DNA of 64,000 nucleotides from positions 1 through 64,000 of IMG/VR virus record IMGVR_UViG_3300045995_000532; one strand, 5' to 3'. The notes under the pieces were generated by a model. The model was not told the origin of the DNA. It saw nothing but the letters and a program-made list of their open reading frames with translations, and searched no databases. The first letter of the stretch is position 1. Every line of letters begins with the position of its first letter. This stretch comes from a virus. Positions 8,782 through 19,167 of this stretch are shown here, piece by piece. The translations under genes were made by a program, and so were the position numbers.

Positions 8782-9729
8782 TTGCTCACCATCACCCACA
8801 CGCACGAGGCCGGCACGCTCATCGCCGGGACCAGCCGGGGCGACGGCACGGCCGCCATCCTGAAGGCCAACGGGTGGCGTTGGGGGCGGAGCATCTCCGC
8901 CTGGTATGTCCCGATGTCGAGGGACCACCTGCCCAAGTTCCACGTCATCGAGCGCACCGAGAGTGCGCTCACGGCCGCGGGGTTCGAGGTCGAGACCGAC
9001 GTCGACCGCGCCTACCGCCCGACGGCTGAGGTTGAGGCTGGGAAGATCGAGCGACAGGCTGATCGTGTCGCAGCGCTCGACGCCAAGGCGGACCGAAAGA
9101 GCGCCACGGGCGACGCTGCATGGGCCAACGCTGAGGCCGCAACCGCTCGACTCCCCGACAACGGCCAGCCGATCTTGGTTGGCCATCACTCCGAGCGCGG
9201 CCACCGTGCCGCGCTCGCCAAAGCTGACAGTGCCATGCGCCGGTCCATCGACGCCACCGAGGACGCGACCCGCGCCCGAGCGCGCGCTGACGCTGCCACC
9301 TTCACGACTGACGCCCGCTACCGACCCATCACGGTGGCCAACCGCATCGAGACGCTGGGAGCGGAACTGCGCAAGATGGAGCGGCGCATCGTCGAACAGC
9401 GCTACGACACCGAGGTGGGCTACGTCGACGCCACCGAGGCGCAGAAGGAAGCCCGCGCGACCGCCCTTGCCCCGCACATGGCGGAGAAGCGCGACCAGAT
9501 CGCCTACTGGGTGGCGGTCCGCGCTGAACAGATCGCCGCCGGGAAAACCGGTGACTTCTCCCGAGACAGCGTGAAGAAAGGCGACGGAGTGAAGATCCGC
9601 GGCCGGTGGGTCAAGGTCGTCCGGGCCAACGCCAAGACGGTGTCCGTGACCACTGGCTACACCTGGACCGATACCGTGCCCTACGCCGAGATCCAGCAGC
9701 ACGAGCGGCCCGCCGAGGTGCCCTCGTGA
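8782..9729 (+). CDS. DUF3560-family protein
   Basis: GQPILVGHHSERGHR signature; GAGGAGG SD before TTG. Confidence 0.85.
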   Translation: MLTITHTHEAGTLIAGTSRGDGTAAILKANGWRWGRSISAWYVPMSRDHLPKFHVIERTESALTAAGFEVETDVDRAYRPTAEVEAGKIERQADRVAALDAKADRKSATGDAAWANAEAATARLPDNGQPILVGHHSERGHRAALAKADSAMRRSIDATEDATRARARADAATFTTDARYRPITVANRIETLGAELRKMERRIVEQRYDTEVGYVDATEAQKEARATALAPHMAEKRDQIAYWVAVRAEQIAAGKTGDFSRDSVKKGDGVKIRGRWVKVVRANAKTVSVTTGYTWTDTVPYAEIQQHERPAEVPS

Positions 9730-10435
9730 GCACACTCACACCCGCCGCCGCGACCGAAACGGAAGCGGAAGTGATACGCGCAGCCATGATCGCGCGCCGG
9801 TCCGGTCCGGGTTGGCGTGCGAAGGGCTCTGACCTGCGTTGGTCGCCCCTTCTTGCCGGTTGGATGTGGATGTTCGAGCACGCCACCGGATGCTTCGACA
9901 ACGTGCTCATCCCCTACCTCGACAGATCGGAGAGTGATGCGAACCGTCACTGACTTCCGTCGCGCCGCCGTTCCCGGGTCCACCTGGGAGTGCGTGAACA
10001 ACTGGCACCCGCACGTCTCTGGGCCACGAACGATCACGATGGCCAAGAAGACCGTCCTCAGCTACAACGGAACCAGGGTCGACGGCACCGCGATCGAGAA
10101 CCGTATGGAGTTCCCAAAGGCCGACGCCTGCCGGATCGAGGGCAACACGGTGTCCTTCCTGCACTACGCCCGCATCGAGCCGTCCGGCAAGCCGGTAGGT
10201 ACCCCAGAGGTGGCCTACTCGTGGACCCTGGTGCCCGCGTGAGCGACTCCTGCTCCCTTTGCGGGTCAACGACGGACATCTGGTACGAGACTCCGGGGGG
10301 TAAGCCGGCGTGCAAGAAGTGCGCCATCAAGAAGTTCCCGCCTCCCGTCGTTCCCGTCTAGGGCGCGTCTTCCGACCACCTGTCGGTGCCCCGTGCTACC
10401 TCTGAGGTACCCCTTCTCGTGAAAGGAGCACCACG

Positions 10436-11402
10436 ATGACCGATCCACAGACCATCCGGGTGAGCGACCCGGCGGAGTTGCTGGCGCTGATCCCGCACCA
10501 GCTCGGCTTCCAGCCCCACGAGAGCGCCGTGGCCGTGTCGCTGCGAGGACCGCGCGGACAGGTGGGGATGATCGCCCGCGTGGACCTCGACGGCTTTGCC
10601 GATCCTGAGTCTGGGCCGCAACTGGCCCGCCAGATGATGTCGCACCTCGTCTCCGACGGTGCGCACCGCGTCTTCCTGGCGCTCTACACCGACGACCCTC
10701 GCGGCGCCCTGTCTACCCTCACGGCCGCCAACATCCGCGACGCCGCGCTGCCGTTCTTCGACGACGAGGTGAAGGTGTGGGCGGTCCAGAGAGGAGGTGG
10801 GGCGCATCGCGCCAGTCGGACGGGGCGCGACGATCAACGCCTCGCGCGCCGCGGCCCGATGGGCAGATCACCGCAGCGTCGACCCGTACACCATGTCGCA
10901 CTGGCGCCTGGACGGTTTGGCCACCTGGCGAGCAGCACTCGCTGCACCGGAGATCACCGCGGCCACGGCCGGGCGACTCACCGCCGCGCTCCGTGACACG
11001 GCGGTCCGCGACGCGGTGATCGTGTCCCTCGTGCCCAACCAGGGCACCGTGGCAGAGGACTCGCTGACCATGGGCGCCACCCCGAACGGCGCCATCTCCA
11101 AGGCTCTCGACACCATCATGAGCCCCACCAATGGGGTCATGATGGACCCGGAAACCGCCGACGCGGCAAAGTCGGTCCTCACGGCCGTGACCGCCCACAC
11201 CGGCGAGGCGGCGTCGACGACGCTCCTCGGCTTCCTGGCCTGGTGGCAGAACGATGGCCCCCGCGCTGGCGTGCTGATCGACCGAGCCCTGACCACCGAC
11301 CCGGACTACCGGTTCGCCCACCTCCTCAACGACTCGCTGGCCTCTGGGATGGCGCCTGGCTGGATTCGTCGTGGCATCCCCGATCTCGGGATGTCGCTTT
11401 AG
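10436..11402 (+). pseudogene. DUF4192-family gene, frameshifted near 10785
   Basis: N-half PAELLALIPHQLGFQPHES..RVDL in one frame, C-half VRDAVI...AWWQNDG..A..LIDRAL..DPDYRFA.LL in another. Confidence 0.75.
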
Positions 11403-11464
11403 CAACTTCACCACATGGCCCCACCAACCGGACGGGTCATTCGTGTCTACAGACAGGAGCACAC

Positions 11465-12475
11465 ATGAGTCGCGAGACCCTCACCGACCTCAACACCAAC
11501 ACGCTGATCGGCTACACCGACAAGCGTGGCAAGGCGTGGCACTACCGGGCCGACGAGCAGGGCGGCGAGTCGAACCACTACCCGGGCGCCATCCCAGCGG
11601 CCGACGTGCGGCGGCGACTGTTCAACTGGGAGGCGGTGGAGGGTGAGATCACCGCGAACGCACTCACGCCGGACGGCGTCCTGTCCACCACCGACCCGGA
11701 CCGCAAGGCCATCATGCGGTCGGACACCGGCGCCATCCTCGGCATCTTCAAGAGGGGCTACGTTGCCCACCAGTTTGACCCGTGGCTGATCCAGAACGTC
11801 GAGAACATCCTCGACGCCGACCTGGCCATCGGGTCGGCCGGGCTCCTGTCCGGTGGCGCCAAGGCGTGGGTGCAGGTCGAGATGGTGGACACCATCACCA
11901 CCCCCTCCGGCGTCGCCTTCCGCCCCTTCCTGACGGCAGCGACCAGCATGGACGGTTCGCTCGCGTCGACCTACCTGGTCGGGGCGCAGGTGGTGGTGTG
12001 CGACAACACCCTGTCCGCCGCACTGGGAGAGAAGGTGGCGCGCGTCAAGGTGAAGCACTCCGCCAGGTCCCTGTCGAAGATCAACGACGTCCGAGACGCG
12101 CTGGGCATCGTCCACGCCGTCGCCGACGACTTCTCGGCCCAGGTGGCTGCGCTCACCGCGCAGGTGGTGACCGACCAGCAGTGGAAGGACTTCGTCAAGG
12201 CGTACACCGCCGGGACGTCGGACTCCAAGCACTCCCTGACGATCGCGGAGCGGAAGACCGGCGAGCTGTTCCAGTTGTGGAACTTCGACGAGCGGGTGGC
12301 CCCGTGGAAGGGTTCCGCGTACGGCGTCCTCGCCGCGGCGAACACCCACACCCACCACCTGGGCACGGTCCGCGGTTCGTCGCGGGCCGACCGCAACATG
12401 GAGCGGGCCATCACCAGCGGCGTCGACAAGATGGACCGCGACATCCTCGCGCTCCTGGCGACCGTGTCCGTCTGA
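11465..12475 (+). CDS. DUF932-family phage/plasmid protein
   Basis: AWHY..., SAGLLSGGAKAWVQV, SMDGS, VVCDNTL, KVKHS motifs. Confidence 0.85.
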   Translation: MSRETLTDLNTNTLIGYTDKRGKAWHYRADEQGGESNHYPGAIPAADVRRRLFNWEAVEGEITANALTPDGVLSTTDPDRKAIMRSDTGAILGIFKRGYVAHQFDPWLIQNVENILDADLAIGSAGLLSGGAKAWVQVEMVDTITTPSGVAFRPFLTAATSMDGSLASTYLVGAQVVVCDNTLSAALGEKVARVKVKHSARSLSKINDVRDALGIVHAVADDFSAQVAALTAQVVTDQQWKDFVKAYTAGTSDSKHSLTIAERKTGELFQLWNFDERVAPWKGSAYGVLAAANTHTHHLGTVRGSSRADRNMERAITSGVDKMDRDILALLATVSV

Positions 12476-12877
12476 CCAAGTGTCGGAGCCTCGCGGCACA
12501 CTAACCCTGAAGGAGAGGTGACCTGATGATGAAGCACCCCATCTGGCGGGCGCAGCGGTGGATGTTGGACCTGCTGAACCCACCGTCGCAGACCTGGCGC
12601 GGGCGCCGCAACGACCGCAAGCGCACCCGCGGCAATCTGCTCATGGGTGGGTACGTCCTGGTCAAAGAGATGAGCACCACAGAGAGGAAACCATGAAGGT
12701 ACGAGTGACCTGGAACGAGACGATCGAGAAGACCGCGACGGTCGACGTTCCTGACCTGAGCCTGTTCGAGGACGATCCTGACAGCGTGCTCGATTCGATC
12801 CTCGACGACTGCACCGACTCCGAGGAGGAGGAGTACGCAGTCCTCGATCGCAGCGTCATCCAGTTTCTGGTGGCCCC

Positions 12878-13888
12878 GTGACCATTCCGCCTCTCACCTA
12901 CGTGTCCACGTTCACGGGAATAGGCGGGTTCGAGCGAGGTCTCAACGCCAACAACTGGCGCAACCTGATGATGGTCGAGATCGACGCCCAGTGCCAGAAG
13001 ATCCTCGCCCGCCACTTCCCCAACGTCCCGCTGAGAGGAGACATCCATGACGTCCTCGGAACGGACTTCACCAGCCCCACGCTCATCTGCGGAGGCTTCC
13101 CTTGCACCGACACCTCCATCGCCGCCCCTCATCGTCTCGGGCTCGCTGGCGCTCGATCCGGCCTCTTCCACCAGTTCACCCGACTCCTCGGAGAGCACCT
13201 CCGACTCGTTGATTCTTCCCAACCCCGATGGGTGGTCATCGAGAATCCCGAAGGGCTTCTCACCTCTCCCCGCAAGACCGGACACGACATGTCCGCCGTC
13301 GTCGGTGGTCTGGAAGACCTCGGGTATGGGTGGGCCTACCGGGTCGTGGACGGGCGATACCTCGGCACAACCCAACGACGGCGTCGAGTCATCGTGGTCG
13401 GACATGCTGGAGGTGACCCCCGACCCGCATGGGCCGTTCTGGGTGACTACCGCGCAGGCAGTCAAGTTGCTGCCCCGGATCGCCTCGGCCGGCTCGCGCC
13501 GGGACCCCGCCCTGTACCAGATCCTGCTGGACCAAGCGGGGCAGTGATCTGGCGCAAGTCGGCCAGAGCTCGCGCGTCCCTCGACAAGGGCGGTTACGAG
13601 ACGTGGGTGCCGTCAGAGTTCGGCAACACCCTCACCGGCTATGACGGCGGCGGTCCGCTCCGTCAGACCCACCTGATCGCCCAGCACGGTCGCCTGCGGA
13701 CACTCACGCTCACTGAGTGGGCCAGGTTGCAGGGATTCCCTGACGATTGGCTCGACGGGATGCCTCCGTCGGCCCAGTACACCGCTCTCGGCAACGCCAT
13801 CCACACTGGCACGTCCTCTTGGTTCGCACGCAACCTGACCGCCGTGCACAACGCCGTCCCCTACCTACCAGACCTTGCATCCGCCTGA
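12878..13888 (+). CDS. DNA (cytosine-5) methyltransferase
   Basis: FTGIGG (I), GGFPC (IV), IENP (VI), QRRRR (VIII), LTLTEWARLQGFP (IX), LGNAI (X). Confidence 0.92.
   Translation: MTIPPLTYVSTFTGIGGFERGLNANNWRNLMMVEIDAQCQKILARHFPNVPLRGDIHDVLGTDFTSPTLICGGFPCTDTSIAAPHRLGLAGARSGLFHQFTRLLGEHLRLVDSSQPRWVVIENPEGLLTSPRKTGHDMSAVVGGLEDLGYGWAYRVVDGRYLGTTQRRRRVIVVGHAGGDPRPAWAVLGDYRAGSQVAAPDRLGRLAPGPRPVPDPAGPSGAVIWRKSARARASLDKGGYETWVPSEFGNTLTGYDGGGPLRQTHLIAQHGRLRTLTLTEWARLQGFPDDWLDGMPPSAQYTALGNAIHTGTSSWFARNLTAVHNAVPYLPDLASA
13047..13547 (+). CDS. Nested alternative-frame ORF inside the C5 MTase (M.EcoHK31I beta-like arrangement)
   Basis: GAGAGGAG SD just before ATG 13047; 166 open codons; W..SGM..PTG.WT...S..P.D...SS.SD.LE pattern. 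Confidence 0.6.
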   Translation: MTSSERTSPAPRSSAEASLAPTPPSPPLIVSGSLALDPASSTSSPDSSESTSDSLILPNPDGWSSRIPKGFSPLPARPDTTCPPSSVVWKTSGMGGPTGSWTGDTSAQPNDGVESSWSDMLEVTPDPHGPFWVTTAQAVKLLPRIASAGSRRDPALYQILLDQAGQ

Positions 13889-13898
13889 AAGGAGAAAC

Positions 13899-16262
13899 AT
13901 GACTCTCACAACATCGCACGTGTTCGATCCGCTCAAGGACGCGCTGTGCGACCTGGCTCAGGTGTTCGGCGATGGCATGACCGCCGACATGGTCGGTGGT
14001 CACTTCACCTGTTCGGAGGCGAACAAGATCGCTGGCGTGCTGAAGCTGTCCGGGCACACCGACGCCGCCGTCACCTGGCTCCAGGGTCACGCGATGGGGG
14101 ACGACGACCCGGACGATGACCATCGCGACCTCGCGGATCTCAAGCTCGGGCAGACTCCGGAAACCCTGGCCGCCGCCATCAAGTACGTCGCCGACGAAAT
14201 CTAGGGAGGACTGCCGTGGAGTTCATCATTCAGGTGGAAGGTTCGAGTGCTGCACGCGAGGAGATCACCGGTCTCATCGACGAGGCGCTGTCCGGCCTGC
14301 TCGAAGCGGTCGACGCCGCGAACGTAAGTGTGGTCGAGCGTGACCACACTTACGTGCTGATGACCGGAGATGCCGTCAACGGGCTGGAGTTCATCGGCCC
14401 GTTCCCGTCGTATGACGACGCCGGCACGTACGGGGACCGTCACGTCCGCGACACCTGGGTGGTCACCCGCCTGGAATCTCCGAACCCCATCTACCTCGAC
14501 AACGACAGCTACCTCGACAACGAGGAGAGTTGATGTCGACGCTCGACGAACGCCCGCCCGCCCCGCCGCTGAGCGGAGATGAGCTGCGCGATGTCGCACT
14601 CGCCACATTCAAGGCACTGATCGTCGACAACCCGGCCGCTGCGTTCGCCCTCTACCGGGAGGAGTTCGAGCCCCTCGTGAAGTCAGCTGACTACGCCCAT
14701 CTGATCGTCGACGACAAGCACAGCATGTGTGACGGCTGCGGGGAGGATATTGAGCGCGTCGACGGGAATGAGTGGGAGCACACCGCTAAAGCAAGCCCGA
14801 ATCCGGGTATGGATCGGTGGGGTTGCGCCGACGCTATATTCGGAGAGGACTCCGCCCCGATTCTGCTGGACCCGTACACCTTCGAGCCCACGACTGTCCG
14901 CGTCATCGACGTGGCCGAACGCTGGACTGACGAGGACGAGGACGGGCGCGGCAAGGACGCAATCTTCGTCGGTTACGACAGAGGGGCCGACTTCGAGGGG
15001 TTCGTCTACGTGTCCGTTGCGTCCGAGAAGCCGGTGAGCCTGCCTGCCGGATGGTCCGAGAACACCTACTGAGAACGAAGGGGAGGGGCTGATGACGAAC
15101 ACCGGCACGAGGATCGAGTCCTACCTGGACGGGGTGGAGATCACCACCTGGGTGGCTTCCGGCCCGGACACCCTGGACGACGGGGCGAAGGTGGTCCAGA
15201 TCGACACGAACGGTGACGTCGGCCGCGTGCGGGTGAACATCAACGAGTCGCCCGTCTGGGACAACGACCCGGAGATGGAAGATGGTCCTGTCGCCCAGAT
15301 CCGCAAGCTCCTGGCCGCACACGTTCCGTGGCTCGACAGCCCGGAGCGCGCCGTGTTCGCCACCCGCGGCGATCGCCCGGAGGACGACGACGTCTACAAC
15401 ATGGAGAAGGCGCTCTACTCCGACCGGACGGACCGCCTGGTCGACGCCATCAACGCCGTGCTGGCAGGAACGGAGGTGGGCGCGTGAGTAACTGGCCAGC
15501 GGACCACGACGTTACCCCGTGTCGCCGCGACGGGGACCACCACCTGACCCAGCGCCACACTGCGGCCGAGTGCCCCACGGAGACACCCGCCCCAGTGGCG
15601 TTCGCCCCCGGTGTCCGCGAGCACTACATCACCGCGTTGGACGAGTTCACGGGGCCCATCGCGGCGCCCTTCTTGGCCCCGGGCACGGCGTGTGACGCCG
15701 CCCTGGCCCGTGACCTGCTCGGGCTCGATCTGGACGACTGGCCGGCTGCGCGGGAGTTCGTCCAGCGCATGCTCGACCAGCTCAACATCCAACTCCCAGA
15801 AATGGAGGACGCGCGTGACCGTTCTTGAAAGCGTCCATCTGCACGCCCACTTCATCCCCTTCGCCGCCATGACGGCGGGGGAGCAGGCCGCGCACCTCGT
15901 GGCCGTTCACGGCATCTCCGCCGACCGCGGCCGGGAGGACTTCGAGTACCTCGTCAGCCGAGGCGGCGAGGACTACACGAAGTCGGACATCCGACGCCAG
16001 CGGGCCTGGCACCGCCGCGAGAAGGCGGTCGAGAAGAAGATCCTCCGGCAGATCAGGTCCACCTGACATGCCCGAGTTCAAGATCGTCTACCGGCGCTTT
16101 CCGCAGATCGTCCAGTGGACGGTCTGCCACGCCGACCCGGCCGAGCCCTGGACTCCGCGCTGCACAAACGGTGCAGAGAGCAACATGCGGAAGGCGAGGA
16201 AGGCCGCCGAGCACGCGCTCCGCATGGCCAATCGAACACCCATTGAGAAGGAGGATGAATGA
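13899..16262 (+). CDS. Run of small acidic hypothetical genes (13899-14204, 14216-14533, 14533-15072, 15092-15487, ~15484-15828, ~15815-16066, 16068-16262)
   Basis: Tightly packed, SD-led, high GC3. Confidence 0.65.
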
Positions 16263-17425
16263 CCGCAACCACCGAAGAGAAGGTTGTCACCAGCCTGGCC
16301 GCTGCCGTCGGCAAGGAGGAGTTCGAGGCGGCGCTGACGTTCGTCAAGCAGTCCGTTCCGAACCGTCCGCCGGTGCCCGTCCTCGCGTGCGTGGAGCTGG
16401 TCGCTGCGGGTGACACGTTGCGCATCAGCACCTTCGACTACGAGCTGAGCGCCGTCACCACCATTGAGGCCCGCAACGCTGCGGAGGGCACCGTTCTGGT
16501 GGGCCACGACATCCTCCTGAAGGCGGTGAAGTCGCTGGCCAAGCGGTCCACGGTGACCCTCACCCAGGTGGGGTCGAAACTGGTGGTGACCGACGGGCGC
16601 CGCTCGTTCACGCTGCTCATCCCGTGGGGGGAGAACTGCCCGACGCTGCCGGCCATGCCCGAGATCATCGGGTCCATCGACGGAGCCTCGCTCACCCAGG
16701 CGCTGGCCCAGGTCGTGATCGCGGCGAGCCGGGACGACACCTTGCCGTTGCTGACCACCGTTCGGATGGAGTTCGAGGGGGACAAGATCACCCTCCTCGC
16801 CACCGACCGCTACCGTCTGGTCGTGCGCGAGCTCACCTGGCACCCCGCCGCGCCGGACATCTCTGCTGTCGCACTGGTCAGGGCACGGACCCTCACTGGC
16901 TTCGTCAAGTCCCTGAAGGGTTCCGCCCAGATCAACATCGCCCTCGCGACGGGCACCCACGTCGATCGGATCGGCTTCGAGGCCGGGGGCAGGCGCAAGA
17001 CCTCGCTGCTGGTGGACGGGGACTACCCCGCCGTCCGGCGACTGTTCCCGGACGAGACGCCGATCCATGCCGTGGTGGCCACCCGCGAACTGTCCGACGC
17101 CGTCAAGAGCGTCGCCCTCTGCGCGGAGCGCAACACACCGGTCCGGCTGTCGTTCACTGCCGGTTGGGTGATGTTGGACGCCGGTCAGGGTGACGACGCG
17201 CAGGCATCCGAGACGCTCGACGCGACCCTGGTGGGCGACGACATCTCTGTCGCCTTCAACCCCCAGTTCCTGCTGGACGGTCTCGGCGTGCTCGGCACGC
17301 CGTTCGTGCGGCTGTCGTTCACACACCCGAACAAGCCCGTCGAGTTCACGGCGCAGACCACCCTCGACGGCGATGACGTCAAGGACTACCGGTACCTGCT
17401 CGTTCCCATCCGGTTCGCGTCCTGA
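16259..17425 (+). CDS. dnaN: DNA polymerase III beta sliding clamp
   Basis: FDYELSA, SRDDTLPLLT, LATDRYRL, GDYP, AFNPQFLLDGL, YRYLLVPIR. Confidence 0.95.
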   Translation: MTATTEEKVVTSLAAAVGKEEFEAALTFVKQSVPNRPPVPVLACVELVAAGDTLRISTFDYELSAVTTIEARNAAEGTVLVGHDILLKAVKSLAKRSTVTLTQVGSKLVVTDGRRSFTLLIPWGENCPTLPAMPEIIGSIDGASLTQALAQVVIAASRDDTLPLLTTVRMEFEGDKITLLATDRYRLVVRELTWHPAAPDISAVALVRARTLTGFVKSLKGSAQINIALATGTHVDRIGFEAGGRRKTSLLVDGDYPAVRRLFPDETPIHAVVATRELSDAVKSVALCAERNTPVRLSFTAGWVMLDAGQGDDAQASETLDATLVGDDISVAFNPQFLLDGLGVLGTPFVRLSFTHPNKPVEFTAQTTLDGDDVKDYRYLLVPIRFAS

Positions 17426-17444
17426 ATCAAGGAAAGGAGAAGTC

Positions 17445-17879
17445 GTGCTCAGCATTGACGAACTGACCGAGCTGGCCGAAACGCAGCGGGTCACATACGA
17501 GCTCAACCGGGAGACGATGGCCGTCACGGTCATGCAACTCCTGGCTGCTCACGCGTTGAAGGTCGCACCCCTCGCCGTTCACCTGCACCTGGAGTCGTCG
17601 GATCAGGGGGAGTACATGGTTGTCGGCGGGTTGTTCAACGCCGCCGATCTCGAACTGGCCACCGACCCCGACCCGGAGTCAGCCGAGCATTGGGGGACAC
17701 CGACGCGGTGGTCGCGCCACGTCGAGGACGCTGAACTCGACTCCATCCTCTCCTTCCTCGACTGGCACGGGTGGGGCTGGGAGCAGTTCATCGACGAGGA
17801 CGACCCTGCCACCGACATGAAGCGTGGCTACGCATCGCTCGACCTGGGTCTCATCGTCGCGTCCGCGCAGATCACCTGA
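17445..17879 (+). CDS. Hypothetical protein
   Basis: GAAAGGAG SD before GTG. Confidence 0.65.
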   Translation: MLSIDELTELAETQRVTYELNRETMAVTVMQLLAAHALKVAPLAVHLHLESSDQGEYMVVGGLFNAADLELATDPDPESAEHWGTPTRWSRHVEDAELDSILSFLDWHGWGWEQFIDEDDPATDMKRGYASLDLGLIVASAQIT

Positions 17880-17906
17880 CCGCGCCTGATCGTTCCGCTT
17901 ACCTGA

Positions 17907-17934
17907 AGGCCCCGCAGAGTGCGGGGCCTTTCTC
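17907..17934 (+). terminator. Hairpin with pyrimidine tail directly upstream of Ku
   Basis: AGGCCCCGCA-GAG-TGCGGGGCCT-TTCTC. Confidence 0.65.
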
Positions 17935-17949
17935 ATGGAAAGGAGCAAC

Positions 17950-18864
17950 ATGAACGCAATTGCGAAGGGTGTTTCCCTGAACTTGGGGGGTCTGCTCATC
18001 TCGTCCGTGACGGTGAACTCCGCGCTCGAGCCGAAGGTGGCGTCCGGGAACGTCCGGGTGTGCGACGCCGGCCACCCGCCCACCCAGGTGCGGGCACCGA
18101 ACGTGTGCAGCGAGTGCGCCCGGATCCACGACTCGTTCGGTGAGGTGCCCTTCCAGCAACTCAAGATCGCGCGGCCAATCGACGGCGGTCTGGTGGTGCT
18201 GGAGAAGGACGAGCTGGCGGAGGCGAAGGTGGACGCCGAGGCGTTCAAGAAGGACGCGCAGGTGACTGCGCACCCAGCCGAGCAGGTCACCATGCTTACC
18301 AGCACCGGCGACAAGATGTACTTCCTCTCGCCGGACGTCGACGCCAAGACCAAGCGGCCGAGCACCGCAAACGCGAACGCCTACTCGGCGCTCCAGTCCC
18401 TCGTGGCCAACCACCCGGAACTCGCGTTCATGACCAGGTGGACTCCGAGAACCGCGATGGCGCAGTTCCAGTTGGTCGCGTACGAGGGCGTGCTGGTCCT
18501 CCAGGAGCGCGTGGAGGGTTCCAACATCCGGGTGGCCCCTGTCCTGGACCTCGAGTCGTCGGAGGCGATCAACGGGGTGGCTGAGCAGATCCTCCTGATG
18601 CCGGGCCTGCCGAGCTCGGTCACGGACTACGACCCGGTGAAGTACCGGGACACGTCGGAGGAGCGCATCGCGGAACTCATCGCGAGCAAGGATGTCGTGC
18701 CCACAGGTTCGCTAGCCTCGGTCACCTCGATCAAGGCAGGCTCGGACGACCTCCTCACCCGACTCACCGCGCAACTCGCCGCGGCCACCGCCGGGCAGCC
18801 GAAGGTGGCTGCGAAGCGGGCGCCGGCGAAGAAGAAGGCGACCGCCCTTCAGAAGGTGTCGTAA
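17950..18864 (+). CDS. ku: Ku-like DNA end-binding protein
   Basis: IAKGVSLNLGGLLISSVTVNSA start, zinc-ribbon bridge with CSEC, EVP...KIA....GGLVVLEKDEL, MYFLSPD, YDPVKYRD, DDLLTRL and basic AKRAPAKKKA tail. Confidence 0.8.
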   Translation: MNAIAKGVSLNLGGLLISSVTVNSALEPKVASGNVRVCDAGHPPTQVRAPNVCSECARIHDSFGEVPFQQLKIARPIDGGLVVLEKDELAEAKVDAEAFKKDAQVTAHPAEQVTMLTSTGDKMYFLSPDVDAKTKRPSTANANAYSALQSLVANHPELAFMTRWTPRTAMAQFQLVAYEGVLVLQERVEGSNIRVAPVLDLESSEAINGVAEQILLMPGLPSSVTDYDPVKYRDTSEERIAELIASKDVVPTGSLASVTSIKAGSDDLLTRLTAQLAAATAGQPKVAAKRAPAKKKATALQKVS

Positions 18865-19167
18865 CCCCAACCGGGAAAGGCAAGCGCATGGGCATGACAG
18901 ATGAAGACGCGGTCCTCCACGCCGCGGTAGCCGCTACTCTTGACGGAGCAAAGAATATTCTCGCGGATCTTCGTTGGAGTGCGGATCGGTTGGTGACTAA
19001 CTGCTTCGACGAACGAGGTCTGGTTGAAACAGATCACTCGTGAAGAATGTGTCGCCAGCTTCAAGGCTGACGGTCTTGACCCGTCTGGTGCTTACAGCTA
19101 CATTACAGAATGCTGTGATGAAAATGATCCATGCAAGAAGCACAAAGAGATGGATGTGAACCGATAG

